Source: a virus
IMG/VR virus record: IMGVR_UViG_3300029343_000516
DNA length: 64,000 nt
Direction: 5' to 3' (one strand)
Shown here: positions 44,195-54,840 of the stretch, in pieces
How the letters are laid out: each line of letters begins with the position of its first letter
How positions within the stretch are numbered: position 1 is the stretch's first letter
Notes under the pieces: model-generated
What the model saw: only the letters and a program-made list of their open reading frames with translations
Database searches by the model: none
What the model was told of the DNA's origin: nothing
Position numbers and translations under genes: made by a program

Positions 44195-47100
44195 TTAAAA
44201 CTCTATAACTTTATTCTCTCTCCCATCTTGATATGTATCAGTATATTTATTTAGTACGTTAGCTAACTCTTCTAATGTTTCAGACTGCTCAATTTCTTTT
44301 TTGTATTCAGTAAATTCTTTACAAAATCCTTCATAATCATCACCTAAATACTCTTCCCTAGTACATGGAATATTATCTTTTGGCAAGTACCATTCCTTTG
44401 CCTCTTCTAATTTTGTAAAAACAACCTCTGTATCAACATTATTTCTTAATTTTTTTCATAATATTTGTACCTCCATTCTTTTTAATTATATCATATAAAA
44501 ATATGCACTTCTGTTTTCTGATATATTATAAATCCATTATATCAATTCCAAACTCTGATTTCAATACATTCTCAAAGCCTGGATCGAATTCACAGTATCT
44601 CTTAATAAATTCATTGTTACTACATGGTGCAAACTCATTATGTACCAGTTCTCTTATGCCACCATCCATAAATATTGCAATTGCAGGCATCGCATATTTA
44701 CTTATTTCCATTTCATCAACCTCCTTTACACGCATTGAGCAAATAATATACACATTTTCTTATGATCTGTGTATGTTATCTTTTTCTTAGTTGTCTTGTT
44801 ATAAACAGTAATACTCAATTGCTTTGTGAGCAGATTCTGATTTAGCACTATCTGCTTTTCTTTGTTGTCTTTTAATAACATGTAGCTTTCCTCCTAAACC
44901 CAAGTACTACTGCATAAGCCGAGTTAAAAATCATATCAGACAACTCAATATTATGTACTGATTTGAAAACTTCTGTAAACGCTGTTTTCTCGTCCTTTCC
45001 ATCTTCAATATTAAAGACTGCTGAAAGAAAAGCATCTTCTCTCTCATATTTGTCTGGATTTATTCTGTATCTCTTTAATAGCTCATTATATAGCTTACTG
45101 TAAAAATTATAATCTTTCATATTTTACCTCACTTTTTCCAAGAATTTTCCGTTTCTTCCTAATCGCTAATCGGTAGCCAATTTACAACCGCTGGCATTTG
45201 AATTAAGCTTTCTGTTTTCTGTATATCTTTTTGCATTTCTTTTATGTCTTCTGTAGTTGGTGGAATATTTTTAAAATTATATACCGCACTATATATTCCG
45301 TTTTCCGTATAAAATATTACTAAATGTTTCATACTTGTTTTCCTCACTTTCCGCAGTAAATCATCGTTTCATTTCTCTGCTAGGATGTCATTAATGTGTT
45401 TTGTATACGAAATAATCTCATCAATCTTATATTTAATTTTCTCTGTATGTGTTTCGCCATCCTCTATTTTGTCGATAAGCTTTCCAATATTACTTGCTGT
45501 TGTACGAATGCTCTGTTGGTAGAAGGATAAGCTTTCTACCTCGTCTGATGTTAAAGTATATAATTTCTGCATATATATTTCTCCAATCCTAAAATTATCA
45601 TTTTATGTCCAAATTTGCTTTAATCATATCCATTGCATTATCTTTGATTTCATTACGCACCTTTTGTAATTTATCCCATGTCACATCTTCCTTCATACCA
45701 CAATCACCCCAATTACAGTACATGTATTCTGTGACTGTATCAATAATGTTCATAATTGCTTCGTCACTTGCTACAACCCCAATCTTTTTCATAGGTTCAT
45801 TTAGTGACATCTTATAAATCTTATTATCCTGTATATGGTAAAGTCCGTTATTCATAATATTCTCCATTCTTCTAAATTTTACTTAATTGTGATATTACTC
45901 CTTTCGATTCACTCGTTTCAAAATAATTTCTGTATCGGTATAGGCAGTACAATATGCAATGTTATTGTTTTCATCATAATAATTTACATAATACGTATCA
46001 TCGTCAAATGTTCTATTGACTCCAATAAAACCACCTCTTCTTTTGCCGTTTAAATAAACATCATACTTTACTTCTTTTAATGTATCTGCCCAATAATCTT
46101 GAGGATTTTTCACTCTCCATATAAAATCATGTGGTGTTGTTCTTAATTCATCCATTATTTTGCCTCCAATTCTTACCTTAAAACTCTTGATTCATAGTGA
46201 CGTATATTCCGTCATTTCTGAATCTCCACGTTCTATTGTAATTCCTGTCCTATAATATTTTTTATTTGTTGTCTTACTCCATTCAACGATTTCATTCTGC
46301 ATTCCGTCAACGAAGTTAAATCCACGATTAACGAGGGCAATAATCAAATTCTCTATATTGTCTGCAATACAAATTTGATTTCCATAACCATTCCTTGTGG
46401 AAAAATCTGCTGTAAATTTCATACTTATACCTCCATTCTATCCCATACATCCTAATTCAAGAACATCAGGATTATCAGCAAACCAATGATTATCAATATT
46501 TTCAATTTCAATCATATCTTTGGTTATCACTGACTCGTATCCTCCATGCTCTGTATATGCTTTTAATACTTTCTGTTTGGCTTCCTCTTCTGTATCAGCT
46601 TTTACAATTCCATAAGTGTCATCGTCAAATGTGTATATCCAAAACTTCATAGATCATCACTCCTTATCATCTTCCCAATAAGCATTTACATCATCTTTGT
46701 TATCCTTGTCATCATCCCAACAATTAAATCCACATTTTACTTTTGCTTTACAATCCCATTTCTTATCACAATAATAACAACATCTATCATCTTTGTAACT
46801 GCAATCGTCTGTTTCAGGCTTTACATAATTTCCACATTTGTACATATATCATCACTCCATTTCTAACTCTCTTCTAATTACAGTATCAACAAACCATTCA
46901 ACTTCTTCTGGAATTTCCTTTTCGCACTCATATAATTTGTTATGAAATTTTCCATCATTATATGTTTTAATCACAAATGATTCTTGATTATATATCAACC
47001 AATACTCATTATCTCCTGTTTGTCTAAAGTGAATATCAATATCTTGCATAATTATCACCTCTCTCCAATCTCAAATAATTCATTACCTGAAAAATCAGTC

Positions 47101-48647
47101 ATATCTTGTAATACTGCATGAGCAAATTCTTTTGCGTATTCTGACCATATTTTATCTTGCAATTCTTCTACACTTAATCTTTCAAGCTCATAATCCTTAA
47201 CGAATTTCCGAACTATATTTTTCATTCTGTATTCATAATCTTCTTCTATTATTGGAATATGCATATCTTATACCTCCAATCTTATAATTTTATCTTTCCA
47301 TAATCAGGAATCATCTGAATAAATTCATCTGCATTTGTAAACTGTTTATTGATTTCAATCCAATATTGTTCGTTATTTGTATCTGTACAACAAGCTTCTA
47401 ATTTAAAATCATGCTGTGCGTAAATCGTTAAACATAATTCCGCTTTCTGAATAGATACACCCTCTGGAACTTCTTCAACAGTTGCATATTCTTCTAAAAA
47501 GTCATCAATTTCGCTTTCTTTTAAATCATAATTGTAAAATGCCTGTAATGGTTTGTCTGTATCATCTAACTCATTAAATGTAATTTTTGTATAATCTAAC
47601 ATATTAAGCAATCCTTTCTACACTACAGAAGAAATCATCTTCTGTAAAACTATATCCATCATAGTGTTCATAAATAAATTCATCACTAACATATTCATCA
47701 ATACTTGCAATCATTTCATATGATGGTTCATTGATATTAACTCCCATCACTTCTGCAAAAGTGCCTTCATTTACAAGTTCTGAATAATATGCCTGTTTCA
47801 ATTCGTGTAACTGATCTCTATTTAATTCTCTCGCTGTCATAATTTATCACTCCTTATGCAACTTTTGTTATTTCCATGTAGCAACCATTCATAGCTTTAT
47901 CATACTGTCTAATATCATAGAGCCAACTAAACGGAACTTTAACAGTTCCTTCTTTTTTCAATTTTTCCATTACTTCCCCAATAGAAAAATAGCCCTGCAT
48001 CCAACCATAGCCTGATAAATACTGTTGTCTATCCAAATTACACAGTCTGTCATGATATTTGATTGTATTTTTCTTTAGAAATTTAATATATCTATCAGAT
48101 AATCCATAATTTTCTTCTGGGTTGTCATCACTGTATTCCGACATAACAAATGAATTTCCGTGGAATAATTCAAGCTGCCACATTACTTCTCTCATATTAT
48201 AAAGAGTTCTCGTTATTCCGTTTATTGCAATCATATAATCATTTCGTGTGCCAGGTTCCCAATTCTTTTTACTACATCTTCCGCATTTATATGTATCTGT
48301 ATTAATTATCATTTTATATCTCGCCATACAATCAACCATCCTTTCTATAATTCAAATTCCACGATTCTTCCAGAACTTAACACTACATATTCATCTCCAT
48401 TTTCTGCAATATGATTTCCAAGCTCTGTATAATCAAGAACCGCCTCAATATGATGATCTAATTCTCCAATTACGTTATCAATATAATTACTTGCCAAGTC
48501 ATAAGCGGAATCAAATATTGCTACAATATGTAAATCATCTTCTGTTACATTGTCGTTAAAATTTCCAAGAAGTTCATCAACTTCCCTTTCCCATATATCC
48601 TGATCTAATAAGTATTCTCTTAATTCTTCCATGATTTTATCCTCCAA
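44195..48647 (-). other. block of about 20 small, mostly acidic hypothetical genes
   Basis: ORFs 44195-44386, 44526-44753, 44872-45120, 45159-45347, 45369-45572, 45598-45867, 45895-46155, 46192-46422, 46438-46650, 46657-46845, 46852-47058, 47055-47264, 47282-47611, 47604-47840, 47854-48339 and 48345-48647. All minus strand, nearly gapless, no recognisable domains. Confidence 0.4.
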
Positions 48648-48667
48648 TCTTAAAATGAAATTGCTAT

Positions 48668-49057
48668 TTACGGTGTTTCTTCAATATTCTTTTCCAACAT
48701 AAATACAAGTCCATCCTTATATGTAATTCTGAACTTATATGTTTCTTCAAGCCAATCGTTAAAACCATCATCAAAATATGTTTTTTCTGTTCCTCTTCTT
48801 GGCTTAATATTATCTAATAATTCGATAAAACAACCTGCAATCCCAAATACAGACTCTGCAATTACTATTGGATTTTCCATAAATGCAAGTGTTGATGGAA
48901 CTGCTATGAATCTGCACCTATTGATATTCGGGTTACTACTTTCTGTTCTTTCAACTACAATAGCTGCTTGATTGCAATTACTATTCATAAACATATTATA
49001 AAATCTATTTGCATTTTCTTTTCGTTCTTTTTTGGTTGTTCTTTTCATTTTTATCAC
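48668..49057 (-). CDS. hypothetical protein (129 aa)
   Basis: ORF. Confidence 0.4.
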   Translation of the reverse strand: MIKMKRTTKKERKENANRFYNMFMNSNCNQAAIVVERTESSNPNINRCRFIAVPSTLAFMENPIVIAESVFGIAGCFIELLDNIKPRRGTEKTYFDDGFNDWLEETYKFRITYKDGLVFMLEKNIEETP

Positions 49058-49371
49058 TCCCTTATCATCATGTTTCTAAAGTATGCAAATACCATTATCA
49101 TCGCTTTATATTTCCGTGGATGTTTCATAATATCCTCAATTTCTTTCTCAAGACCTGCTGTATCTATGTCTAATTCGCTTTTTGTGAGAAAGAATCCGTT
49201 TAATCCACGAATTTCCTCATTGCTATAAGTTTCCATAATTTCTCTTCTTATCATTTTTGCTGTGTCTATTACAGCTTGCTCTAATAATTTTTGATTTACC
49301 ATATAATCACTCTCCAATCTCTTCTGCAATTTCTTTTCGTGTTCCTCTAATAGAGCAACCTTCTGTATCAT
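49054..49371 (-). CDS. hypothetical protein (105 aa; true start may be the internal Met)
   Basis: Overlaps an alternative 59-aa ORF at 49308-49487. Confidence 0.35.
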   Translation of the reverse strand: MIQKVALLEEHEKKLQKRLESDYMVNQKLLEQAVIDTAKMIRREIMETYSNEEIRGLNGFFLTKSELDIDTAGLEKEIEDIMKHPRKYKAMIMVFAYFRNMMIRE

Positions 49372-49487
49372 GTTTGTTTAGAATGTTCCAAATTGCATTT
49401 TCTTCAGCTTCGGTAAGACTAAATCCTTCCCAATAACCGAAATCATTATCTTCATGTTCTATTACAATTCCTGCGATTCTATTCATA

Positions 49488-49841
49488 TTAAGCTACCTCC
49501 TTTAATATCTGTGCAACCTCATCATTTGTAAGTTCTCTGATGACTTTCATTTTCTGCGCCAATATCCAACTGCCGCCTTGTGATTCAGGACGATTGTAAC
49601 TATCCCAATCTTCTACTTCACATTCAACCCATACTCTCTGTTCTCCGTTTGCAAGCCGCATTGAAAGATGTGGCGCTAATGGTTTAAAACAACAATGCCA
49701 ACCGCATCGAACTGCAAATCCCTTTGTTGGATAACACTCAGCTTGTATCCATTCATTGAATGGGGTTGCATATGTTTTGTGAATGAACAGCGGATATAAT
49801 TTTCCGTCAGATAACTTTCGTAATAGTTTATATGCTCTCAT
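49488..49841 (-). CDS. hypothetical protein (117 aa)
   Basis: ORF. Confidence 0.4.
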   Translation of the reverse strand: MRAYKLLRKLSDGKLYPLFIHKTYATPFNEWIQAECYPTKGFAVRCGWHCCFKPLAPHLSMRLANGEQRVWVECEVEDWDSYNRPESQGGSWILAQKMKVIRELTNDEVAQILKEVA

Positions 49842-49913
49842 GTATTATTCTCCTTTCCATAATAAAAGAGAGTAGATTTCTCTACTCTCAAGAAACAGTT
49901 CTTTCCTTTGGTT

Positions 49914-50807
49914 TTATGCTACTGCCTCAACGCTGTCATACAATGTTTCGCTTACACCAAAATCGAGTGCTATTTCCTTAATCAACTCATCTCCCCACTT
50001 ATCATTGAAGAATCCCCAACAACTGTCTTTTTCTTCCCAGTCATCATCTTCTGTATCATATTCTTCCGTGATGACTCCATATACTTCACCAGTTAAATAC
50101 ATGTCATATTCTTCAACTTCGCCTTGCATCCACTGGTATGCAGCCTTCTTCCAATTTTTATCTGTGGTTTTTACGTAATTCCCTTTTTCATTCCTAATTT
50201 TTCCACCGCAATCAATAATTGTTTTCTTGTCAGTGTAAATATATCCAACCTGTCCAGAGTCCCATCTGTCACCAAAACTTCCAGTGCTCATTGTGATTCC
50301 GCTATGGTCATACAGATAAAGTGGAAGATATACAATGTTTGCGTGTTTCTCTAACAAATACCATTTATCTTTCTGTGGTAAAGCTTCAATCATATCATCG
50401 ACTAACCAATCAAGCGATTCATATTCTTCTATTACATCAAATTTTGCTTCTCTGCTTGTGCCAAGTGGAAACCAATAATATGTTCCCCATAACTGCCACA
50501 TCTGTTCATGTCTGTCATATCTCAACTCAAGTCCATTAGATGCTTTCTTTGCCTTGATATAATTAATGATTGATTTATCTTCTACATTTTCCCTTATGAG
50601 ATTATTTAAAAAGTCCTCATTATCGTTGTAATCATTATCCTTATAATCTCCCAGTCTATAATCTCTATGCCAACACATCATTTTGCCTATTTGACCATCC
50701 CAATCATACCGTGGATCGAGTGGTTCATTATCCTGTTCAATATGTAGTCTCATAAGCTTTCCGTTATCTTTATAGTATCTGTATTCTTTATCTATCATAT
50801 CAATCAA
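49914..50807 (-). CDS. hypothetical acidic protein (297 aa), Trp/Asp-rich
   Basis: ORF. The acidic composition is reminiscent of anti-restriction/DNA-mimic proteins, but no motif was recognised. Confidence 0.45.
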   Translation of the reverse strand: MIDMIDKEYRYYKDNGKLMRLHIEQDNEPLDPRYDWDGQIGKMMCWHRDYRLGDYKDNDYNDNEDFLNNLIRENVEDKSIINYIKAKKASNGLELRYDRHEQMWQLWGTYYWFPLGTSREAKFDVIEEYESLDWLVDDMIEALPQKDKWYLLEKHANIVYLPLYLYDHSGITMSTGSFGDRWDSGQVGYIYTDKKTIIDCGGKIRNEKGNYVKTTDKNWKKAAYQWMQGEVEEYDMYLTGEVYGVITEEYDTEDDDWEEKDSCWGFFNDKWGDELIKEIALDFGVSETLYDSVEAVA

Positions 50808-50815
50808 CCTCCGTT

Positions 50816-51253
50816 CTATATTTCATAATCTCTTACTGGTTCTGTATAACCACTATCCAATTTAATTTCCGTTGTTTCATAATCATCATAAACACTCTTT
50901 TGTGTTCCTCTTGTATGAATAATCTTTGCAAGCTGCATAATTACATATCTGCGTTCACAACCATGTTCATCATAAATTTTATGTTGATAATATAATGCTC
51001 TACCATTGCAAACTGTAAAATTATCAAACTCTTTTCCATAGAACTGTTCACAATCACTAGCATGTAAATTCCGTAATGCGTGTTCTCTAATGTACTGTTT
51101 CTCTTCATCTGTTAATTTATCTGTGTTATCTAATAATGAGAAATCAAACAGAATATTTCTCTTACCAGTCTCAAATGAATCAACATATTCCAGGCTATTT
51201 TCTTTTGCTGTCTTTTTAGCTGTCTTGTACAATTTATATTCTTTAATTTTCAT
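50816..51253 (-). CDS. hypothetical protein (145 aa)
   Basis: ORF. Confidence 0.4.
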   Translation of the reverse strand: MKIKEYKLYKTAKKTAKENSLEYVDSFETGKRNILFDFSLLDNTDKLTDEEKQYIREHALRNLHASDCEQFYGKEFDNFTVCNGRALYYQHKIYDEHGCERRYVIMQLAKIIHTRGTQKSVYDDYETTEIKLDSGYTEPVRDYEI

Positions 51254-51482
51254 TTTCGTTTACCTCCGCTTTATATTTCTCAAACACTTCTTCGCATCTC
51301 GCTTTGTCGCTGCTCCAAAATACTAAATGCCAGGAATAAACCCATTCTCCATTTTCAAAATATTTATATTTCTCTTGGATTTCCCATCGCTTATTCCAAT
51401 GACTTCCAATTCCTTCAACCATTCTGTATTTCCGTAACCGCACCATTTCATTCACTCCTTCCATTACAAAAGGCAGACACAT
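51243..51482 (-). CDS. hypothetical protein (79 aa)
   Basis: ORF. Confidence 0.4.
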   Translation of the reverse strand: MCLPFVMEGVNEMVRLRKYRMVEGIGSHWNKRWEIQEKYKYFENGEWVYSWHLVFWSSDKARCEEVFEKYKAEVNENEN

Positions 51483-51515
51483 TTGTTTGCGTCTGCCTTT
51501 ATTTATTCTCTGTTT

Positions 51516-51941
51516 CTAATCAATCTCATCACACTCTAAACTATCAACATCCCAATCAAGTTCATCAATCGGCTTATCCCACAATCCATTATCATCCGCA
51601 ATATAGTTCATAATCTTTGCAAAACTACTTGCTTTTACCTTTTCCATTTCCTCTGTAAATTTATAAGTCGGCTGCATAGCATCGTCTGTTTCATAGATGT
51701 ACATATCAATTGTGTTGTCACTATTTACGAATGCCTTGATAAAGCCCATCTCATTTTTATGGAAAATGAGAAACTCACATAACCTGTTATTACAATTCCA
51801 ATCAAAAGGTGTGCTGTCATTGCCATTCATATAATGAATAGCTCCGTTAGTATCAAGCATTTCATCTGTTACATTAGGACACATATTTCGTGCAACCTTA
51901 AAAATTCTTTCAATTTCTCTTTTAAATTCATATCCATTCAT
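51516..51941 (-). CDS. hypothetical protein (about 141 aa; start trimmed to MNGYEF)
   Basis: The listed ORF overlaps the upstream gene by 107 nt. The internal Met removes the overlap. Confidence 0.35.
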   Translation of the reverse strand: MNGYEFKREIERIFKVARNMCPNVTDEMLDTNGAIHYMNGNDSTPFDWNCNNRLCEFLIFHKNEMGFIKAFVNSDNTIDMYIYETDDAMQPTYKFTEEMEKVKASSFAKIMNYIADDNGLWDKPIDELDWDVDSLECDEID

Positions 51942-51942
51942 A

Positions 51943-52455
51943 TTATTTTTCTTCCTTTGGTGTAATAAGCTTTGTGATCTTCTCTCTGAAAAATTCACAA
52001 TATCCGTTAATACTTCCGTCATTATAAACCCAGAACCAATCATCATCATAATTCCAGAAAATTATTACTTCGTGACCTGCTGTGACACCATCAAATACAT
52101 GTTTATCTCTCGTTCCATCTTTTGATTTAAAACAATCATTTATCGTATCATCACTTGCTCCATTTTTCTTTAAAACAAGGTATAAATATCTTTTAAGGTT
52201 TTCCAAATCTCTTTCTGTTTGTATATCAAAAATTTCAACTTTCTCATCATAGCTACAATCATCGTTTATGTCGCAATGTGATAAATAGTTTTTGTTACCC
52301 ATTCTCTTTAATTGTTTACTTAACGCAAACAGTGCTGATTCCTCATACTTTTTGCACTCCTCTTCGCTTCTAAATACAGTTCCATCATCTGCAATGTATT
52401 CTATTCTTACAAGTTTCTCGATTGTTTCTGTTTTTCTTACTTCTTTTATCTTCAT
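51943..52455 (-). CDS. hypothetical protein (170 aa)
   Basis: ORF. Confidence 0.4.
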   Translation of the reverse strand: MKIKEVRKTETIEKLVRIEYIADDGTVFRSEEECKKYEESALFALSKQLKRMGNKNYLSHCDINDDCSYDEKVEIFDIQTERDLENLKRYLYLVLKKNGASDDTINDCFKSKDGTRDKHVFDGVTAGHEVIIFWNYDDDWFWVYNDGSINGYCEFFREKITKLITPKEEK

Positions 52456-52558
52456 TTTTTATTTTTAGTCTCCTTTTCTCTTATACTATATATTGTGGTT
52501 GCTCGTTTTATACGTCACTACATCTTGTAATTTTTTACCAGGAAATTACAATTTCCTG

Positions 52559-52747
52559 TTAATCTTCCAAAGTCCAATTGCCAACTTTATTTCCATTGAT
52601 ATCCATTATGTAACCAGCTTGATATCCATATTCGAGTTTTTCTTTAATCTCTTTTAAATTTCGTCTTAACTCATATGCACTTCTGTCAAGCTCACCATCT
52701 TCATCTCTATAAGCTGCGCCACCTGTTTCAATTTCAATTTTCAGCAT
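52559..52747 (-). CDS. hypothetical protein (about 62 aa; start trimmed to MLKIEIETGG)
   Basis: The listed ORF overlaps the upstream gene. The internal Met is adjacent to the upstream stop. Confidence 0.3.
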   Translation of the reverse strand: MLKIEIETGGAAYRDEDGELDRSAYELRRNLKEIKEKLEYGYQAGYIMDINGNKVGNWTLED

Positions 52748-52748
52748 A

Positions 52749-53162
52749 TCAATATTCCTCCTCATAGAATTTAATTGTTCTTTCCTTTTCAGCTTCATAT
52801 TTCGTTTTATCAGTAAACAACGTGAGATAAATATCTCCCTCTGTATATGTGAATATTGCCATCTGTTCATCTGAATAAGCATAGGCACTATAACCATCTA
52901 CCTGCACTAAATCGAATTTACATTTCTTTGCAAATGCATAACTTAAATCAGACATCCAATGTCCACCCAACATATAGTTTCCGTTTTTATCTTCTGTCTC
53001 TTCCATAAAGTTTACATTTGCAATTCGCTTTGTATCTTCATTTAATGAATATACTGATAAATCTAAGTCTGCAATTTCATACTCACTTTCTACTTTCTTT
53101 ACTCCAAGCTTATCAATTAATTCAAAATATTCATTTCTCGAAACATATTTCATATCAATCAC
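52749..53162 (-). CDS. hypothetical protein (137 aa)
   Basis: ORF. Confidence 0.4.
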   Translation of the reverse strand: MIDMKYVSRNEYFELIDKLGVKKVESEYEIADLDLSVYSLNEDTKRIANVNFMEETEDKNGNYMLGGHWMSDLSYAFAKKCKFDLVQVDGYSAYAYSDEQMAIFTYTEGDIYLTLFTDKTKYEAEKERTIKFYEEEY

Positions 53163-53170
53163 GCTCCTTC

Positions 53171-53758
53171 CTAAATCAACAACATTCTCTTATACTCTGG
53201 ATTCTTTTTATGTCTATCTCCAACTTTAACGAAAATCGACTTTCCATTGTCAATAGTCACAGCTCCCCAAGGATCTGTCATAAGTGGATTTTTCTTCCAA
53301 CCTTCAGGTATTTTAGATACAACTTCCATACCTCTTTCTTTTGCAACTTCCATTACATGTTCAAGTTTCTTTTCCGTTGCACTCTTACCTGTGGCAGATT
53401 TAAATAATCTGATGCAAGCTTCAATGATTTTCTTTCTGTTTTCTTCTGTATCTTCAAGCAACCAATCAAAGTTAATCACATTTCGTTTCCCATCAAATTT
53501 TTCTGTCACATTATATCCACCATAACAACCATTTTCTGAATCATGTACATAAGTATGGCAACCAATATAGGTTTCCATTACTTTATCAGTCCAACCATTT
53601 TTATACCACGCATAAGGTAATGAATTTTTTCCACCTGGATTTTCACAATGCACAATTTCAATTACCATTGTTTCCTGCTTTGCATTCTTACCAATTACAT
53701 GTACCCATGTACTACCAAAATCTCTTTTTTCTATTTCATACTTCATCATACTAATCAA
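53171..53758 (-). CDS. hypothetical protein (195 aa)
   Basis: ORF. Confidence 0.4.
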   Translation of the reverse strand: MISMMKYEIEKRDFGSTWVHVIGKNAKQETMVIEIVHCENPGGKNSLPYAWYKNGWTDKVMETYIGCHTYVHDSENGCYGGYNVTEKFDGKRNVINFDWLLEDTEENRKKIIEACIRLFKSATGKSATEKKLEHVMEVAKERGMEVVSKIPEGWKKNPLMTDPWGAVTIDNGKSIFVKVGDRHKKNPEYKRMLLI

Positions 53759-53767
53759 CCTGCCTTT

Positions 53768-54049
53768 CTAATCATCAATTAAATGCTCAATGTGTGCTTT
53801 TTCGCTCAAACAAACTGGCGTATCAAGTGTTCCCATAGAATAATCATAATCATACCACTCACTCATTGACGGATTAGGATCATTCCAAATTGCATTACAT
53901 AAATGACTTGCAATACAAAAGTTGTCTTCATCAATTTTTTCTTTAATAAATTCCTTTAAACTGTCAAGTGTTGTAATCTCATCCAATTCTTCATTAAGCT
54001 GACTCATTACATCTTCAAATGATTTCTCTTCAAATTCTGTTCTTGTCAT
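53768..54049 (-). CDS. hypothetical acidic protein (93 aa)
   Basis: ORF. Confidence 0.4.
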   Translation of the reverse strand: MTRTEFEEKSFEDVMSQLNEELDEITTLDSLKEFIKEKIDEDNFCIASHLCNAIWNDPNPSMSEWYDYDYSMGTLDTPVCLSEKAHIEHLIDD

Positions 54050-54061
54050 ACAATCATCTCC

Positions 54062-54748
54062 TTATCTCACATATGGAATATCTTTTCCATGCATATAATT
54101 TTCACCTCTAAAACAATCACCACAGTATTCCCAAATTCCATCATTCACCTTTTTGAATGTGGAATATGTTGTTCTGCCTTCTCCGTTTTCATCAATTCTG
54201 CTTGAACATGGTTCACCAATCTGTGAACAATCGCTTCTCATACAAACTGGTGGTAATAAATCCATAAAGAAATCAACCATATCTTCTGTGAAATACTCAC
54301 CAACTTCATGTGCATCAAGTCCAAAATAGTGTTCTTTATCTACAACTTCCTTTCCCTTGTACATTTTCGGTTCGCTTAATGGAACACCGTCATATTCGAC
54401 TTCTTCAATCACTAAATCTTCATTGAACCATGTATATGATTCATAATGCTTTTTATAAACTTCTGCTGCTTTGCGTGTTGGGAAGATTTGTGGATTACCT
54501 GCTGATAATCTATATTCTCCGTTGTAATACACAACTTCATATCCCTTAAGTCCTTTTGTCCATCCTGGAATATCAGTTTCGATCACATATCCGTTATCAA
54601 CTGACCATTCAACTGCTTCATAATCATATTCGTCTACAGGTTCACCAACTGTTTTATACTTGTAACTTGCACATTCTTCTTTGCCTTTTTCTGTAAGTAC
54701 AAAATGCTTTCCCTTGTCTGCTTTGTACCAATTGTTCCGTAATTTCAT
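54062..54748 (-). CDS. hypothetical protein (228 aa)
   Basis: ORF preceded by SD AAGGAGGAAA and an upstream hairpin. Confidence 0.45.
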   Translation of the reverse strand: MKLRNNWYKADKGKHFVLTEKGKEECASYKYKTVGEPVDEYDYEAVEWSVDNGYVIETDIPGWTKGLKGYEVVYYNGEYRLSAGNPQIFPTRKAAEVYKKHYESYTWFNEDLVIEEVEYDGVPLSEPKMYKGKEVVDKEHYFGLDAHEVGEYFTEDMVDFFMDLLPPVCMRSDCSQIGEPCSSRIDENGEGRTTYSTFKKVNDGIWEYCGDCFRGENYMHGKDIPYVR

Positions 54749-54840
54749 AATTCGTTTCCTCCTTGTAATAAAATAGGCAGCTAGGTATTTATTCTCCTAA
54801 CTGCCTTTGCGTTTGCGTTATTCTGTTTAGTTGCTAAACA